Assembly: GCA_963774265.1 (NCBI GenBank)
Contig: CAVZDU010000007.1
Coordinates: forward strand, 64,001-128,000
DNA length: 64,000 bases
Direction of reading: 5' to 3'
DNA from: an uncultured Chloroflexia bacterium
GTDB taxonomy: Bacteria; Chloroflexota; Anaerolineae; CG2-30-64-16
Below are positions 1 through 9,618 of this stretch, piece after piece (positions within the stretch are counted from its first letter, which is position 1; the number at the start of each line of letters is the position of its first letter). A program made the translations under genes and the position numbers. The notes beneath the pieces are model-generated. The model ran no database searches, was not told the DNA's origin, and saw only the letters and a list, made by a program, of their open reading frames with translations.

Positions 1-31
1 GACAGGCCAGGCAAGCGCGCCGCAGGAGGAT

Positions 32-676
32 GTGTCGGGCGCGGGCGGTGGCGACCTTATGGGGAGCCTCCTGGGCAGCCTGCTCGGGGGCGGCGGGACG
101 TCGGGGACGAGCCCCGCTCAGCAAGCGCCCGGCGCGGGCAGCGGCGACCTCCTGGGGAGCCTCCTGGGCAGCCTGCTCGGTGGCGGGATGACAGGAACGA
201 GTTCGTCTCAGCAGACTTCCGGCGCGGGCGGCGGCGACCTCATGGGCAGCCTTCTGGGCAGTTTGCTGGGCGGCGGCAGTGGCAGCAGTAGCGGCAGCGG
301 CAGCGGCGGCGCGGGCAGTTTGCTCGGCTCACTGATCGGCAGCTCGCAGGCCAGCAATAACGTTTCTCAGCAAACCGGTGTGGCGCCGAGCCTGGTTCAG
401 GCGCTGTTGCCGATGCTGATCGGCTTGCTGTTCCGTGGCGATAAGCGCTCCAGCTCACGCGGTGGGGGGATCGATATCGACGGCGATGGCATCCCGGACC
501 ACTCGGATGAACTAATGGCTCACATGCAGACCGTGCAACGGGGCGGCGACGTGGGTGTGAACGATGTCCGTTCCTCTGGTTACGTGCGTGCGCTTGCCAA
601 CCAGAGTGGATATCCTGTCGATGAGGTTGCCCCGGCGACCGTCAAGATTCTTCAGGTCCTGGCGCAGCAGCAATAG
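32..676 (+). CDS. Gly-rich repeat protein, DUF937/YidB-like C-terminus (probably 5'-partial)
   Basis: ORF with repeated GGGDLMGSLLGSLLGGG units, then VSQQTGVAPSLVQALLPMLIG and a DxDGDG motif; frame is open to the window edge. Confidence 0.6.
   Translation: MSGAGGGDLMGSLLGSLLGGGGTSGTSPAQQAPGAGSGDLLGSLLGSLLGGGMTGTSSSQQTSGAGGGDLMGSLLGSLLGGGSGSSSGSGSGGAGSLLGSLIGSSQASNNVSQQTGVAPSLVQALLPMLIGLLFRGDKRSSSRGGGIDIDGDGIPDHSDELMAHMQTVQRGGDVGVNDVRSSGYVRALANQSGYPVDEVAPATVKILQVLAQQQ
38..277 (+). repeat. three ~57-bp coding repeats at ~90-bp period
   Basis: ggcgcgggc(g/a)g(t/c)ggcgacct...ctgggcag...ggcgg at about 38, 131 and 221. Confidence 0.8.
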
Positions 677-722
677 GCAAGGTCCGCGAAAACTAAAGTC
701 ATCACACGATGAGACCTGACGC

Positions 723-757
723 AAGACCTTCGAGGTTTTAAATACCTCGAAGGTCTT
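723..757. repeat. perfect 14-bp inverted repeat (REP-like palindrome or terminator hairpin)
   Basis: aagaccttcgaggt-tttaaat-acctcgaaggtctt, intergenic. Confidence 0.7.
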
Positions 758-812
758 CGCATTTCGCGCCCGATTTTGGCTGACCTATAGCCGCGCGGTG
801 TATACTGGCCCG

Positions 813-2585
813 ATGACCAATCGCGAGTTCCGCCTCGAGCACGAGCATCGCTACGACCGCCGGGGGCCGGTCCGGTGGATCCTTTCACACCTCGCGCGCT
901 ATCCGCATTTTCCGCTCCTGGCGCTTCTCGCAGCCACCTTCAACAACTATTTCTACAGCCAGATCCAGGTCAACATCGGTCGGGCGTTCGACTTGATCTC
1001 GACGCCTGGTTGGTCGCGCGGCGCGCTCGCGAGCCTGGCGTTTCTATCGGTCGGCATCGCGCTCGGTCAGGGCACCACTGGGCTGTTGCGCAACTACTCG
1101 GTCGAGTTTGTCGCCGCGCGGATCGAGCGGGACGCCCGCGACGAATTGTATGCCAGCCTCTTGGGCAAGAGCCAGACCTTCCACAACCGCCAACGCATCG
1201 GCGACATTATGGCGCGGGCCACGAACGACGTGAAGATGCTGAACCTGATGTTCAGCCCCGGGTTGATGTTGCTGCTCGATTCGGCGATGGCGGTGGTCGT
1301 GCCGCTGGTTCTCATCGCGCAGATCGACACCCGGCTCCTGCTCGTGCCCGCGTTCTTTCTCGTGGGGCTTGGCCTGACCATCCACGATTATAACCGGCGG
1401 CTCAATCCGGTCAGCCAGGAGATTCGCGAGAAATTCGGCGTGATGAACGCAGGTCTGGCCGAAGCGATCGCGGGTATCGAGGCGGTCAAGTCGAACGTTC
1501 AGGAGCGCTACGAGTGGCTGAAGTTCACGGGCGACGCCCGCAAGGTGCGCGACCTGAACGTGCGCCAGGGCGAAGTGCAGGCACGATATTGGCCGACGCT
1601 GGTCTTTGCACTGGCGTGGGCCGCATCGCTGCTGCACGCGCTGTTGCTCTGGCGCGCGGGCGACCTGACGCTTGGCCGGGCCATCGCCTACCTGGGGCTG
1701 GTAGGCACGCTCCGGTTCCCGACGAACATATCGATCTTCAGCTTCAACCTCGTACAGCTTGGCGCCGCAAGCGCGAGGCGCATCCTTGAGACGATCAACA
1801 CCGAAACCGAGCTTGACGAAAACCCGCGGGGCGTGGCACAGCCGATTCGCGGGCAGGTGCGGTTCGAAGACGTGGGGTTTGGCTATGGCGCGAACGGCGT
1901 CGATGTGAACGGGGCGGTGTTGCACAACGTCAACTTCACCGCGCGTCCGGGCGAGACCATCGCCATCGTCGGGCAGACAGGCTCCGGCAAGTCGACGCTT
2001 ACCCGGCTGATCAATCGCATTTTCGACGTCGATCGTGGTACCGTCACCGTTGACGATATCGATGTGCGTGACTGGAACCTGGAATCACTGCGCTCCCAAA
2101 TCTCCTTCATCGAGCAGGATCCTTTCTTGTTCTCGCAGACGCTGCGCGAGAATATCGCCTTTGGCAGGCCTGATGCAACCGACGATGAGATCGTTGGCGC
2201 AGCCCAGGCTGCGCAGGCGCATGACTTCATCATGAGTTTCAAGGATGGCTATGACACGGAGGTGGGCGAGCGGGGGGTGACCCTTTCGGGCGGCCAGAGG
2301 CAGCGGATCGCCATTGCGCGGGCGTTTCTCACCGATCCGCGCATCCTGATCCTTGATGACAGCACCAGCGCCATCGATAGTGCGACAGAGGATCAGATCC
2401 AGCGCGCGATGCGCCGCATCAGCAGCGCGCGAACCACGTTTCTCATCACCCACCGGCTCAGCCAGATCCGGTGGGCGGATCGTATCCTTGTGCTGCGGCG
2501 GGGCGAACTGGTGGACCAGGGCACGCATGAGGAGCTCCTGGCGCGCTCGCCGGACTATTGCCGTATTTTTGCCAGGTGTAACTGA
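813..2585 (+). CDS. ABC exporter, fused permease/ATPase (heterodimer subunit 1)
   Basis: TM domain, Walker A GQTGSGKS, LSGGQ signature, degenerate Walker B ILILDD. Confidence 0.95.
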   Translation: MTNREFRLEHEHRYDRRGPVRWILSHLARYPHFPLLALLAATFNNYFYSQIQVNIGRAFDLISTPGWSRGALASLAFLSVGIALGQGTTGLLRNYSVEFVAARIERDARDELYASLLGKSQTFHNRQRIGDIMARATNDVKMLNLMFSPGLMLLLDSAMAVVVPLVLIAQIDTRLLLVPAFFLVGLGLTIHDYNRRLNPVSQEIREKFGVMNAGLAEAIAGIEAVKSNVQERYEWLKFTGDARKVRDLNVRQGEVQARYWPTLVFALAWAASLLHALLLWRAGDLTLGRAIAYLGLVGTLRFPTNISIFSFNLVQLGAASARRILETINTETELDENPRGVAQPIRGQVRFEDVGFGYGANGVDVNGAVLHNVNFTARPGETIAIVGQTGSGKSTLTRLINRIFDVDRGTVTVDDIDVRDWNLESLRSQISFIEQDPFLFSQTLRENIAFGRPDATDDEIVGAAQAAQAHDFIMSFKDGYDTEVGERGVTLSGGQRQRIAIARAFLTDPRILILDDSTSAIDSATEDQIQRAMRRISSARTTFLITHRLSQIRWADRILVLRRGELVDQGTHEELLARSPDYCRIFARCN

Positions 2586-4417
2586 TGGGTTTCATTCTGG
2601 ACGGCCTTGACAGCGAGGCCTACGACCGCAACTACAGCGACCGAGAGCTGGTGCGTCGCGTGCTCGGCTACTTCTGGCCGCATCGCAAGCGGCTGGTGCT
2701 GGTTGCGGCTGCGATCTCGCTGAACTCCCTTGCAGGCAGCGGTGGGCCGATCCTGATCTCAGCCGGCATCGACCTGATGGCGCGCAATCCGTCGACCGCG
2801 GCGATCGCGCTCCTGGCCCTTGGTGTGCTGCTTCTCGGCGCGGTGGCATGGGTCTTCAATTTCATCCAGCAGTGGTTCTCGGCGCGCGTTGTGGGCGATG
2901 TGGTTTTGAAGATACGCGAGGACGTGTTTGCGGCGACCATGCGGCACGATATGTCGTTCTATGACGAGCATCCCTCGGGGAAGGTGGTCAGTCGCGTCAC
3001 ATCGGATACGCAGGATTTGTCCGAGGTGGTCACACTGACCACGAGCCTCCTGAGCCAGATCATGCTGGTGCTGTTCCTGGCCGTGTGGCTGCTCACCATC
3101 AATGCGCGCCTGACGTTGCTGCTGTTGGTCATGGCGCCGGTTGCCGCGGCCTTTGCGTTGAGCTTTCGCCGGATTGCGCGCACGGTGACACAGCGCGCGC
3201 GGCGCGTCACCGCGAAGATCAACGCGCAAATCCAGGAGTCGGTGAGCGGGATCGTGGTTGCCAAGAGCTTCCGGCAGGAACGCGCGATCTATGCAGCGTT
3301 CGCCGCGAACAATACCCAGGCGTACGGCGTCGTGCTGCGCCGCGGGCTGACGCTGGACACGATCTTCCCGATCATCGGCGCGTCATCCGGAATTGGCGTT
3401 GGGGTGCTGGTCTACTTCGGTGGGCTGGCGACCCTGCCGCCCGGGAATATTTCCGTCGGCAATTGGTACCTGTTCATGCAGGCGGTGGGTTTCTTCTGGT
3501 GGCCGATCATCGGCATCGCATCGTTCTGGAGCCAATTCCAGGATGGGCTGGCCGCCGCAGAGCGCGTGTTTGCCCTGATCGATGCGGAGCCGAAGGTGGT
3601 TCAAACAGCAAATAACCCGGCTCCCCAGCTGAGCGGCCGCATTGAGTTCCGTCGCGTTCACTTTACCTACACGCCGAATGCAGAGGAGCAGCGGGGGGGC
3701 GAGATTGTCCTGCCCGACTTCAGCCTGCAGATCCGGCCCAAGGAGACGGTGGCGCTGGTCGGCCACACGGGCGCAGGCAAGAGCAGTGTGGCCCGGCTGA
3801 TCGCGCGCTTCTATGAGTTTCAAGGCGGGGAGTTGCTGGTGGACGGCCGTGATATTCGTTCGTTGGATCTTGCGGATTACCGCCGGCAGATCGGCATCGT
3901 GCCACAGGAGCCGTTCCTCTTTTCAGGCACGCTGCGCGAGAATATCCGGTATGGGCGGCCCGATGCGAGCGATCCCGACGTCGAAGCAGCCGCACGCCGT
4001 GTCGCCGGCGGCGAGTGGGTGGCCGACCTGCCGAATGGGCTGGACACCGACGTTGGCGAGCGCGGCGCCAGCCTGTCCATGGGCCAGCGGCAGCTGGCGG
4101 TGTTAGCGCGGGTGGTTCTCAAGGACCCAGCCATCTTCATCCTGGACGAGGCGACGGCCAGCGTCGACCCGTTCACCGAGGCGCAGATCCAGGACGGACT
4201 TGAGGAAATCATGGCCGATCGGACCGCCATCGTGATCGCCCACCGGCTGTCCACGGTTCAAGCAGCAGATCGCATCGTCGTCATGGACGGTGGGCGTATC
4301 ATCGAAGAGGGCAACCATGACTCGCTCATGGCTGGCGGAGGGCATTACGCCACCCTGTACGACACGTATTTCAGACACCAGTCCTTCGCGTACATCGAAA
4401 GCTCACGGCCCGGTTGA
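2585..4417 (+). CDS. ABC exporter, fused permease/ATPase (heterodimer subunit 2)
   Basis: Walker A GHTGAGKS, LSMGQ, FILDEAT, IAHRL; coupled to the upstream gene by TGATG. Confidence 0.95.
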   Translation: MGFILDGLDSEAYDRNYSDRELVRRVLGYFWPHRKRLVLVAAAISLNSLAGSGGPILISAGIDLMARNPSTAAIALLALGVLLLGAVAWVFNFIQQWFSARVVGDVVLKIREDVFAATMRHDMSFYDEHPSGKVVSRVTSDTQDLSEVVTLTTSLLSQIMLVLFLAVWLLTINARLTLLLLVMAPVAAAFALSFRRIARTVTQRARRVTAKINAQIQESVSGIVVAKSFRQERAIYAAFAANNTQAYGVVLRRGLTLDTIFPIIGASSGIGVGVLVYFGGLATLPPGNISVGNWYLFMQAVGFFWWPIIGIASFWSQFQDGLAAAERVFALIDAEPKVVQTANNPAPQLSGRIEFRRVHFTYTPNAEEQRGGEIVLPDFSLQIRPKETVALVGHTGAGKSSVARLIARFYEFQGGELLVDGRDIRSLDLADYRRQIGIVPQEPFLFSGTLRENIRYGRPDASDPDVEAAARRVAGGEWVADLPNGLDTDVGERGASLSMGQRQLAVLARVVLKDPAIFILDEATASVDPFTEAQIQDGLEEIMADRTAIVIAHRLSTVQAADRIVVMDGGRIIEEGNHDSLMAGGGHYATLYDTYFRHQSFAYIESSRPG

Positions 4418-4624
4418 TCACCGCGGAAAATCGAAATCCGAGTGGGCGAACTCGAGACCTTGAGACGGGTCTGCGTTTTCACTCGCGATCAGGGGACAGT
4501 AGAGTGGTGACAGGAGTGGGCTTACGTTTATGAGTGCTTTTGCCGTGACATCGAACGCGCCAGTCATGACCACAGCAAAGAGCATCAGGATGCAGGCGAA
4601 AATGAGGTTGCGTCGAGAAAGCAT
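4418..4624 (-). pseudogene. truncated N-terminal paralog of the TolB-like protein at 5001-6422
   Basis: MLSRRNLIFACILML...VSPLLSPLYCPLIASE resembles MLSRRGILSACTLVL...VSPLYIPMIAHD; ends after ~68 aa. Confidence 0.65.
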
Positions 4625-4810
4625 GTGGTTGGGTTCCCTTCTGTTTTGCAGCTTCATCATCCCCGCCGCTTTTGATATCCGGAGGGCGGGGATATTCCTC
4701 GCAACGCGCCTTTTCTTCACGCGTCGCTATCCACTTAGGACTAACGTGCAAATCGGCGCAAGGTAACTCTAGACGAGGCGATGAAGCGCGACCTCCCGCA
4801 TGCCTTCAAA

Positions 4811-4977
4811 CTATATGTGGCTTCCTCCGCTTTCCACCCACGCATCCGCCGTGCTGCGATCGTCGCCCAGGTGCAGATGGGCCATCGTGGCTTCCAGTGC
4901 CACCACGCGCGCCGTCAGGTGGCGGAAGAGCTCGTTGTTCGGATCAGGCAGGCGATCGTGCTGCAGGTCGATCCCCT
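4811..4977 (-). pseudogene. cysE: diverged duplicate of the cysE 3' end (167 bp)
   Basis: Encodes [54 protein letters not shown], colinear with 7563-7729. Confidence 0.9.
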
Positions 4978-5000
4978 TGGGTTGAATTCCTGGGGAAGCA

Positions 5001-6422
5001 CTACGGCACGTAGCGCCATTCTGCGACGGTCAAACGGGTATGTTCAAACGAACGCGGCATGGTCAACCTGGCGCCGGTGCGAGGATTGAGGAGCTGCAAA
5101 GTATCGCCGTTGGGGTCGTAGGCCCTCAGCCAGGGGGAGTGCGGAAGCCAGAGTGGGCTGCAGCTAGCTGGGTCCACCAGTTGATAGACGGGATTGATGC
5201 CATCCACGTTCGCCACGTACAGATCGCAATACCTCAGACGCGCTGTGACGCTGGTGACGAAGGTATAGGCGACCTGCCGACCGTCGTGGGACCACCCGCC
5301 GAAACCTATCGAGCCGAGAAACCAGGTGTGCACCGGTGAAATAGTCAGCGGGGTGAGACTGTCGGTGGTTTGCAGCTTGAGCTGATGATCACTACCAGAC
5401 GTATCCTCGTAGACGACAGCGGTTCCGTCCGGTGAAATGCGATGTACCGCCACACTATGTCCGGGGACGCTGGTTACGAAGGTCGTCGTCGCGCCGGACA
5501 CGGACACAAGGTCAAGAGCGCTTGTTTCGTTGCTTTCGTCGGCTACCCGGCTGACCAGTAGCCTGGCGCCGCCCTCAACCCAGCCGGCCGCGCGTTCGTC
5601 AGCAGGGGTGGTGGCGAGAGGACGCGTTTCGCTGCCATCGGGGCGGGATATGTATACATCCAGGTTCTCCGCACTTTTCTTCTCGTATGCCAGCCATGCG
5701 CCATCGGGCGACCAATCGGCGAACTGATTTATGTCCGATGCCACCAGGGTCACGTTTGATCCATCAGCGTGCGCAGTGTAGAGGTCATCTACGTAATCTT
5801 CATCTTCAGAGTACCTGACGAACGAGATATACTCGCCGGTGGGCGACCACTGGTCGTTCGTCAGGTTGACATCGCCAATCACTGGCGTGAGTGTCGATGC
5901 GGTCGGGGTCGTCACGTAGAGCGCGTTTCCCAGGCCAGCAGGAGCGTCCCGATCATAATTCCAGATGAGAATATTGTTGCCGGACGGCGACCATTGTCCG
6001 CCTTCCGAGCCGGGCAGGTTGCTGATATCGCGCGCATTCGAGCCGTCACTGTTCATCAGCCAGGTATCATTGTATACGCTTGAGGTACCCTTGCCATCGC
6101 CCTGGTTCCACAGAATTAACGTCCCGTCAGGCGACCAGCGTGGATTGGAATCCTGCCAGTCGTTGTCGGTCAGGCGGGTGAGACCGGCGCCGTCAGCACG
6201 GAGCGTGTAGATTTCCGCGTCGAGATCCGGGGGATCCCACGGGGTTAAAAACGAGTAACCTAGCCCGACTATCTGAGACAGGGCGGGTTCGTCGTGCGCG
6301 ATCATGGGAATGTAGAGTGGGCTCACTCCTGGTGCGTTTGCCGCGACGCCGTACGCGCCACTCGCAACCGCTGCCATCAGTACCAGGGTGCAGGCAGAGA
6401 GAATGCCGCGTCGAGAAAGCAT
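5001..6422 (-). CDS. secreted TolB-like/PD40 beta-propeller protein
   Basis: Signal peptide and repeated WSPDG/WSPSG/WSPTG motifs; GGAGG RBS. Confidence 0.85.
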   Translation of the reverse strand: MLSRRGILSACTLVLMAAVASGAYGVAANAPGVSPLYIPMIAHDEPALSQIVGLGYSFLTPWDPPDLDAEIYTLRADGAGLTRLTDNDWQDSNPRWSPDGTLILWNQGDGKGTSSVYNDTWLMNSDGSNARDISNLPGSEGGQWSPSGNNILIWNYDRDAPAGLGNALYVTTPTASTLTPVIGDVNLTNDQWSPTGEYISFVRYSEDEDYVDDLYTAHADGSNVTLVASDINQFADWSPDGAWLAYEKKSAENLDVYISRPDGSETRPLATTPADERAAGWVEGGARLLVSRVADESNETSALDLVSVSGATTTFVTSVPGHSVAVHRISPDGTAVVYEDTSGSDHQLKLQTTDSLTPLTISPVHTWFLGSIGFGGWSHDGRQVAYTFVTSVTARLRYCDLYVANVDGINPVYQLVDPASCSPLWLPHSPWLRAYDPNGDTLQLLNPRTGARLTMPRSFEHTRLTVAEWRYVP

Positions 6423-6533
6423 CGGATCGCCTCCTTTCGACTCAACGATGCCATTATCGCGCGGATTGCCCACGCAATCAATGCTTCTGGACTAAATGCA
6501 TCATCACCGGGTCGACGCCGCGCCTCGATGGCG

Positions 6534-7322
6534 TTACTGCCTCGTGCTGAAGTCCGCTGCCCCATATGCCGGTGTCTGCGGGAAACGCACCGTTACCCGG
6601 TCCTGGTAGTCGATGTCGATCGTCCCACCTTCGAGGCTGCACTCCAGCAGGTGGCCCGCGACCTGCCTGTCATCCGAGAGGAAATGCAGATGATATCCGG
6701 GTGCATTCAGCGAAGATAGATACTGCGGAAACCACCAGCCCACGAGGGTCCCGCGGATATCCCCCTGCTCCCAGGTGACCTGCTGGGCTATGACGTCAGC
6801 CAGTGGAGGAAAGGGCTCGCTCTGCCGGGGTATGCTTCGGAACTTGACATACGAGAACCTGCCGTTCAGCCTGATGGCATAGGGCCGGTTGGCCGGCGGC
6901 GCCACCTTTGCCAGATAGTCCTTGAGCAGGTCGTAGCTCGCCAGCGGCGCGGCCAACTCCAGGTGCTGCTCAGGCCAAAAGAAGGTCACGGTGGCGAAGG
7001 GCGTCTCCAGGCTGTTGCCGGCGACGAGCACAGACCCGTCGGAGCGCGCCTGATAGAACTTCCCGTCGAGCGCGATCATCTCGCCGTCCATACCGTCGAA
7101 TGTGCCGATACCAAAGTTGCCCGCCTGCGCCAGTTGGGCGTAGGTCACATCTCCGTCGTACAGCCCCCGCTCCAGCGCAGGGTAGGTGGAGATCTGCGTG
7201 ACCTCATTCGCGGGCGGTGGCAGCGCAGTGCAGCCGGCCAGCATGACCAGGGCGGCGGATAGGGGGATCAGAAATCTGCGCGAGGTGCTCCTGATCGACA
7301 GTCGTAGGGCGAGCTTCGGCAT
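6534..7322 (-). CDS. budA: alpha-acetolactate decarboxylase with lipoprotein signal
   Basis: GNFGIGTFDGMDGEMIALDG, GYHLHFLS and GHLL Zn-binding motifs; LAGC lipobox; GAAGGAG RBS. Confidence 0.9.
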   Translation of the reverse strand: MPKLALRLSIRSTSRRFLIPLSAALVMLAGCTALPPPANEVTQISTYPALERGLYDGDVTYAQLAQAGNFGIGTFDGMDGEMIALDGKFYQARSDGSVLVAGNSLETPFATVTFFWPEQHLELAAPLASYDLLKDYLAKVAPPANRPYAIRLNGRFSYVKFRSIPRQSEPFPPLADVIAQQVTWEQGDIRGTLVGWWFPQYLSSLNAPGYHLHFLSDDRQVAGHLLECSLEGGTIDIDYQDRVTVRFPQTPAYGAADFSTRQ

Positions 7323-7562
7323 TGGACCACTCCTTCTCCCTGACCCGGTGCTGTTGAAGGCGTCGTACGTGGTGGCCACAGGACGACCCCAGTGTAGAAC
7401 CGATGCCCCGTATGCACAAACTCCAGGCCATGCTCGCTCGTAGGTCAACTGGTGCGCGCCACGATTCATGGCCGTCATGAAGAAGGGGTTTGGCACTCAC
7501 TCAGGGGGGATTGAAGAAGCCTCTGAATCATGTTGTCCGTCCCAGATCGTCGCATCAGGCGG

Positions 7563-8261
7563 CTAAATATGGCTGCCGCCGCTCTCCACCCAGGCATCGG
7601 CAGTGATGCGATCGTCGTCCAGGCGCAGGTGGGCCATTGAGGCTTCGAGGGACACCACGCGCGCAGTCAGATGGCGAAAAAGCTCAGTGTTCGGGTCGGG
7701 CAGACGATCGTGCTGCAGGTCGATCCCCTCGTGTTCGGGCATATCGCCGTTGCGGCTTTTGATGCGGCCGGGTATGCCCACCACCACCGAGTACGCGGGC
7801 ACGTCCTTCACCACGACTGAGTTCGCACCAATGCGACTGTGCGCGCCGATGATAATGGGACCCAACACCTGTGCACCCGCACCCACGACGACGTGGTCCT
7901 CCAGCGTCGGATGACGTTTGACCTTTTCCCAGCTCACCCCGCCGAGGGTGACGTTGTGGTAGAGCGTCACATCGTCGCCGATCTCCGCCGTCTCGCCGAT
8001 CACGGTGCCCATGCCATGATCGATGAATAGACCGCGGCCGATCTGCGCGCCCGGGTGAATCTCGATGCCCGTCAGAAAGCGGGAGGCGTTGCTCACGAAG
8101 CGCGCCAGCCATTTGAAGCCGTTGCGCCATAGCGCGTGGCTGATGCGGTGCATCCACACAGCGTGCAGTCCCGGGTACAGGAAAACGATCTCCCAAACGG
8201 ATCGAGCGGCTGGGTCCCGGTCAATCACCGCCTGGATATCTTGGCGCATTGTTACTAACAT
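7563..8261 (-). CDS. cysE: serine O-acetyltransferase
   Basis: DPAARS...[27 protein letters not shown], hexapeptide repeats. Confidence 0.97.
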   Translation of the reverse strand: MLVTMRQDIQAVIDRDPAARSVWEIVFLYPGLHAVWMHRISHALWRNGFKWLARFVSNASRFLTGIEIHPGAQIGRGLFIDHGMGTVIGETAEIGDDVTLYHNVTLGGVSWEKVKRHPTLEDHVVVGAGAQVLGPIIIGAHSRIGANSVVVKDVPAYSVVVGIPGRIKSRNGDMPEHEGIDLQHDRLPDPNTELFRHLTARVVSLEASMAHLRLDDDRITADAWVESGGSHI

Positions 8262-8317
8262 AGTCATCACCTCGGCGGCCTGGGGCAGGGCCCCAGGCCG
8301 AGTTACGAGATTGGAAC

Positions 8318-9277
8318 CTAACCTTCCAGGTCGGCGAACAGCACCGTGCTGAGATAGCGCTCGCCATTGGATGGAATGATCACCACGATGCGCTTGCCGG
8401 CGTTCTCAGGCCGGAGCGCGACCTGGATGGCCGCATGGACGGCAGCACCCGAGCTGATCCCCACCAACAAACCCTCCTCGCGCGGCAGCCGCCGTGCCAT
8501 GGCAATCGCCTCGTCATTTGTTACCTTCACGGTCTCATCAATCAGACTCGTGTCGAGGACAGCCGGAATGAACCCCGCGCCGATACCTTGAATCTTGTGC
8601 GGACCGGGTTGACCGCCGGAGAGCACCGGCGAGTCGGCCGGTTCCACCGCGATGATCTTCATGTTTGGCAAACGATCCTTCAGCGCCTGGCCCACACCGG
8701 TGAGTGTGCCGCCCGTGCCGACGCCCGATACCAGGAAATCGAACTTCCCGCCCGTATCGCGCCAGATCTCCTCAGCCGTCGTCCGGCGATGGATTGCCGG
8801 GTTGGCTGGGTTTTCGAATTGCTGCGGGATAAAATAGCGGCTGTCTGCATCTGCAAGCTCGTTCGCCTTGCGGATTGCACCCTTCATGCCCTCGCTGCCC
8901 GGTGTCAGGATCAATTCGGCGCCGTAGGCACGCAGCAGCTTGCGCCGCTCCAGGCTCATTGTCTCCGGCATCACCAATGTGCAGCGGTAGCCTTTGGCCG
9001 CAGCCACCATCGCCAGGCCGATGCCCGTGTTGCCGCTGGTTGGTTCGAGAATGATCGTATCCGGCCCGAGCTTGCCCGCGGCTTCGGCCGCCTCGATCAT
9101 GCTGAGTGCAATACGATCTTTCACGCTGCCGCCCGGATTCTGGAACTCCAGTTTGGCCAATACCTCGGCGGTGCTATTTTTTGTGACGCGGTTCAACCGC
9201 ACCAACGGCGTATTGCCGATCAATTGCGAAACGTCACCCACGATGCGGGGGGCAACGGTGGTTTCAATAGCTGACAT
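8318..9277 (-). CDS. cysK: cysteine synthase A
   Basis: [11 protein letters not shown] (PLP lysine), PTSGNTG, GVGTGGT, HKIQGIG, ERYLST. Confidence 0.97.
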   Translation of the reverse strand: MSAIETTVAPRIVGDVSQLIGNTPLVRLNRVTKNSTAEVLAKLEFQNPGGSVKDRIALSMIEAAEAAGKLGPDTIILEPTSGNTGIGLAMVAAAKGYRCTLVMPETMSLERRKLLRAYGAELILTPGSEGMKGAIRKANELADADSRYFIPQQFENPANPAIHRRTTAEEIWRDTGGKFDFLVSGVGTGGTLTGVGQALKDRLPNMKIIAVEPADSPVLSGGQPGPHKIQGIGAGFIPAVLDTSLIDETVKVTNDEAIAMARRLPREEGLLVGISSGAAVHAAIQVALRPENAGKRIVVIIPSNGERYLSTVLFADLEG

Positions 9278-9327
9278 GAGTGGTCTCCTTCACGTTACAG
9301 TCTTGTGTTTGAGTTTCGGATGCAGAC

Positions 9328-9404
9328 AAATAAAAAGACTCACCTGGGCGGATGCGCCCTGCGATGAGCCTCTAGCGACCATGCTATCCGGGTCAGGTGA
9401 GGTC
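9328..9404 (-). terminator. attenuator terminator in the cysK leader
   Basis: Minus strand: GACCUCACCUG ... CAGGUGAGUC followed by UUUUUAUUU, ~50 nt before the cysK start. Confidence 0.65.
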
Positions 9405-9503
9405 AGTCCTCGCCTTCGCCCTCTAACGGTTCAGCCTTGTTTCAACGCGACCCATCGCAGCCTGCCGCGGTGGTTCAGCGGACGTGGGTGGCGCCCTGCC
9501 AAC

Positions 9504-9563
9504 TCACGCCCGCTCAAGACACGAGCACGCGCGTGCAACGGTTTGCTGAACGGTATTTTTCAC
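9504..9563 (-). CDS. putative cys leader peptide MKNTVQQTVARACSCLERA
   Basis: AAGG RBS, GTG start, 19 codons including TGC-TCG-TGT; lies between promoter and terminator. Confidence 0.65.
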   Translation of the reverse strand: MKNTVQQTVARACSCLERA

Positions 9564-9582
9564 AGTTTTACCTTGTGAAAAT

Positions 9583-9611
9583 ATCCTACCCGACGATGCG
9601 CCAGAAGTCAA
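9583..9611 (-). promoter_or_regulatory. sigma70-type promoter of the cys leader/cysK-cysE operon
   Basis: TTGACT-N17-TAGGAT. Confidence 0.75.
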
Positions 9612-9618
9612 GTAAGAA

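Noticed and set aside
9420-9480. T-box or SAM riboswitch upstream of cysK
   Set aside because: The closest match AAGGCTGAACCG lacks the UGGN bulge, and no specifier stem or SAM-I AUC/GAU core is visible; a leader-peptide model fits better
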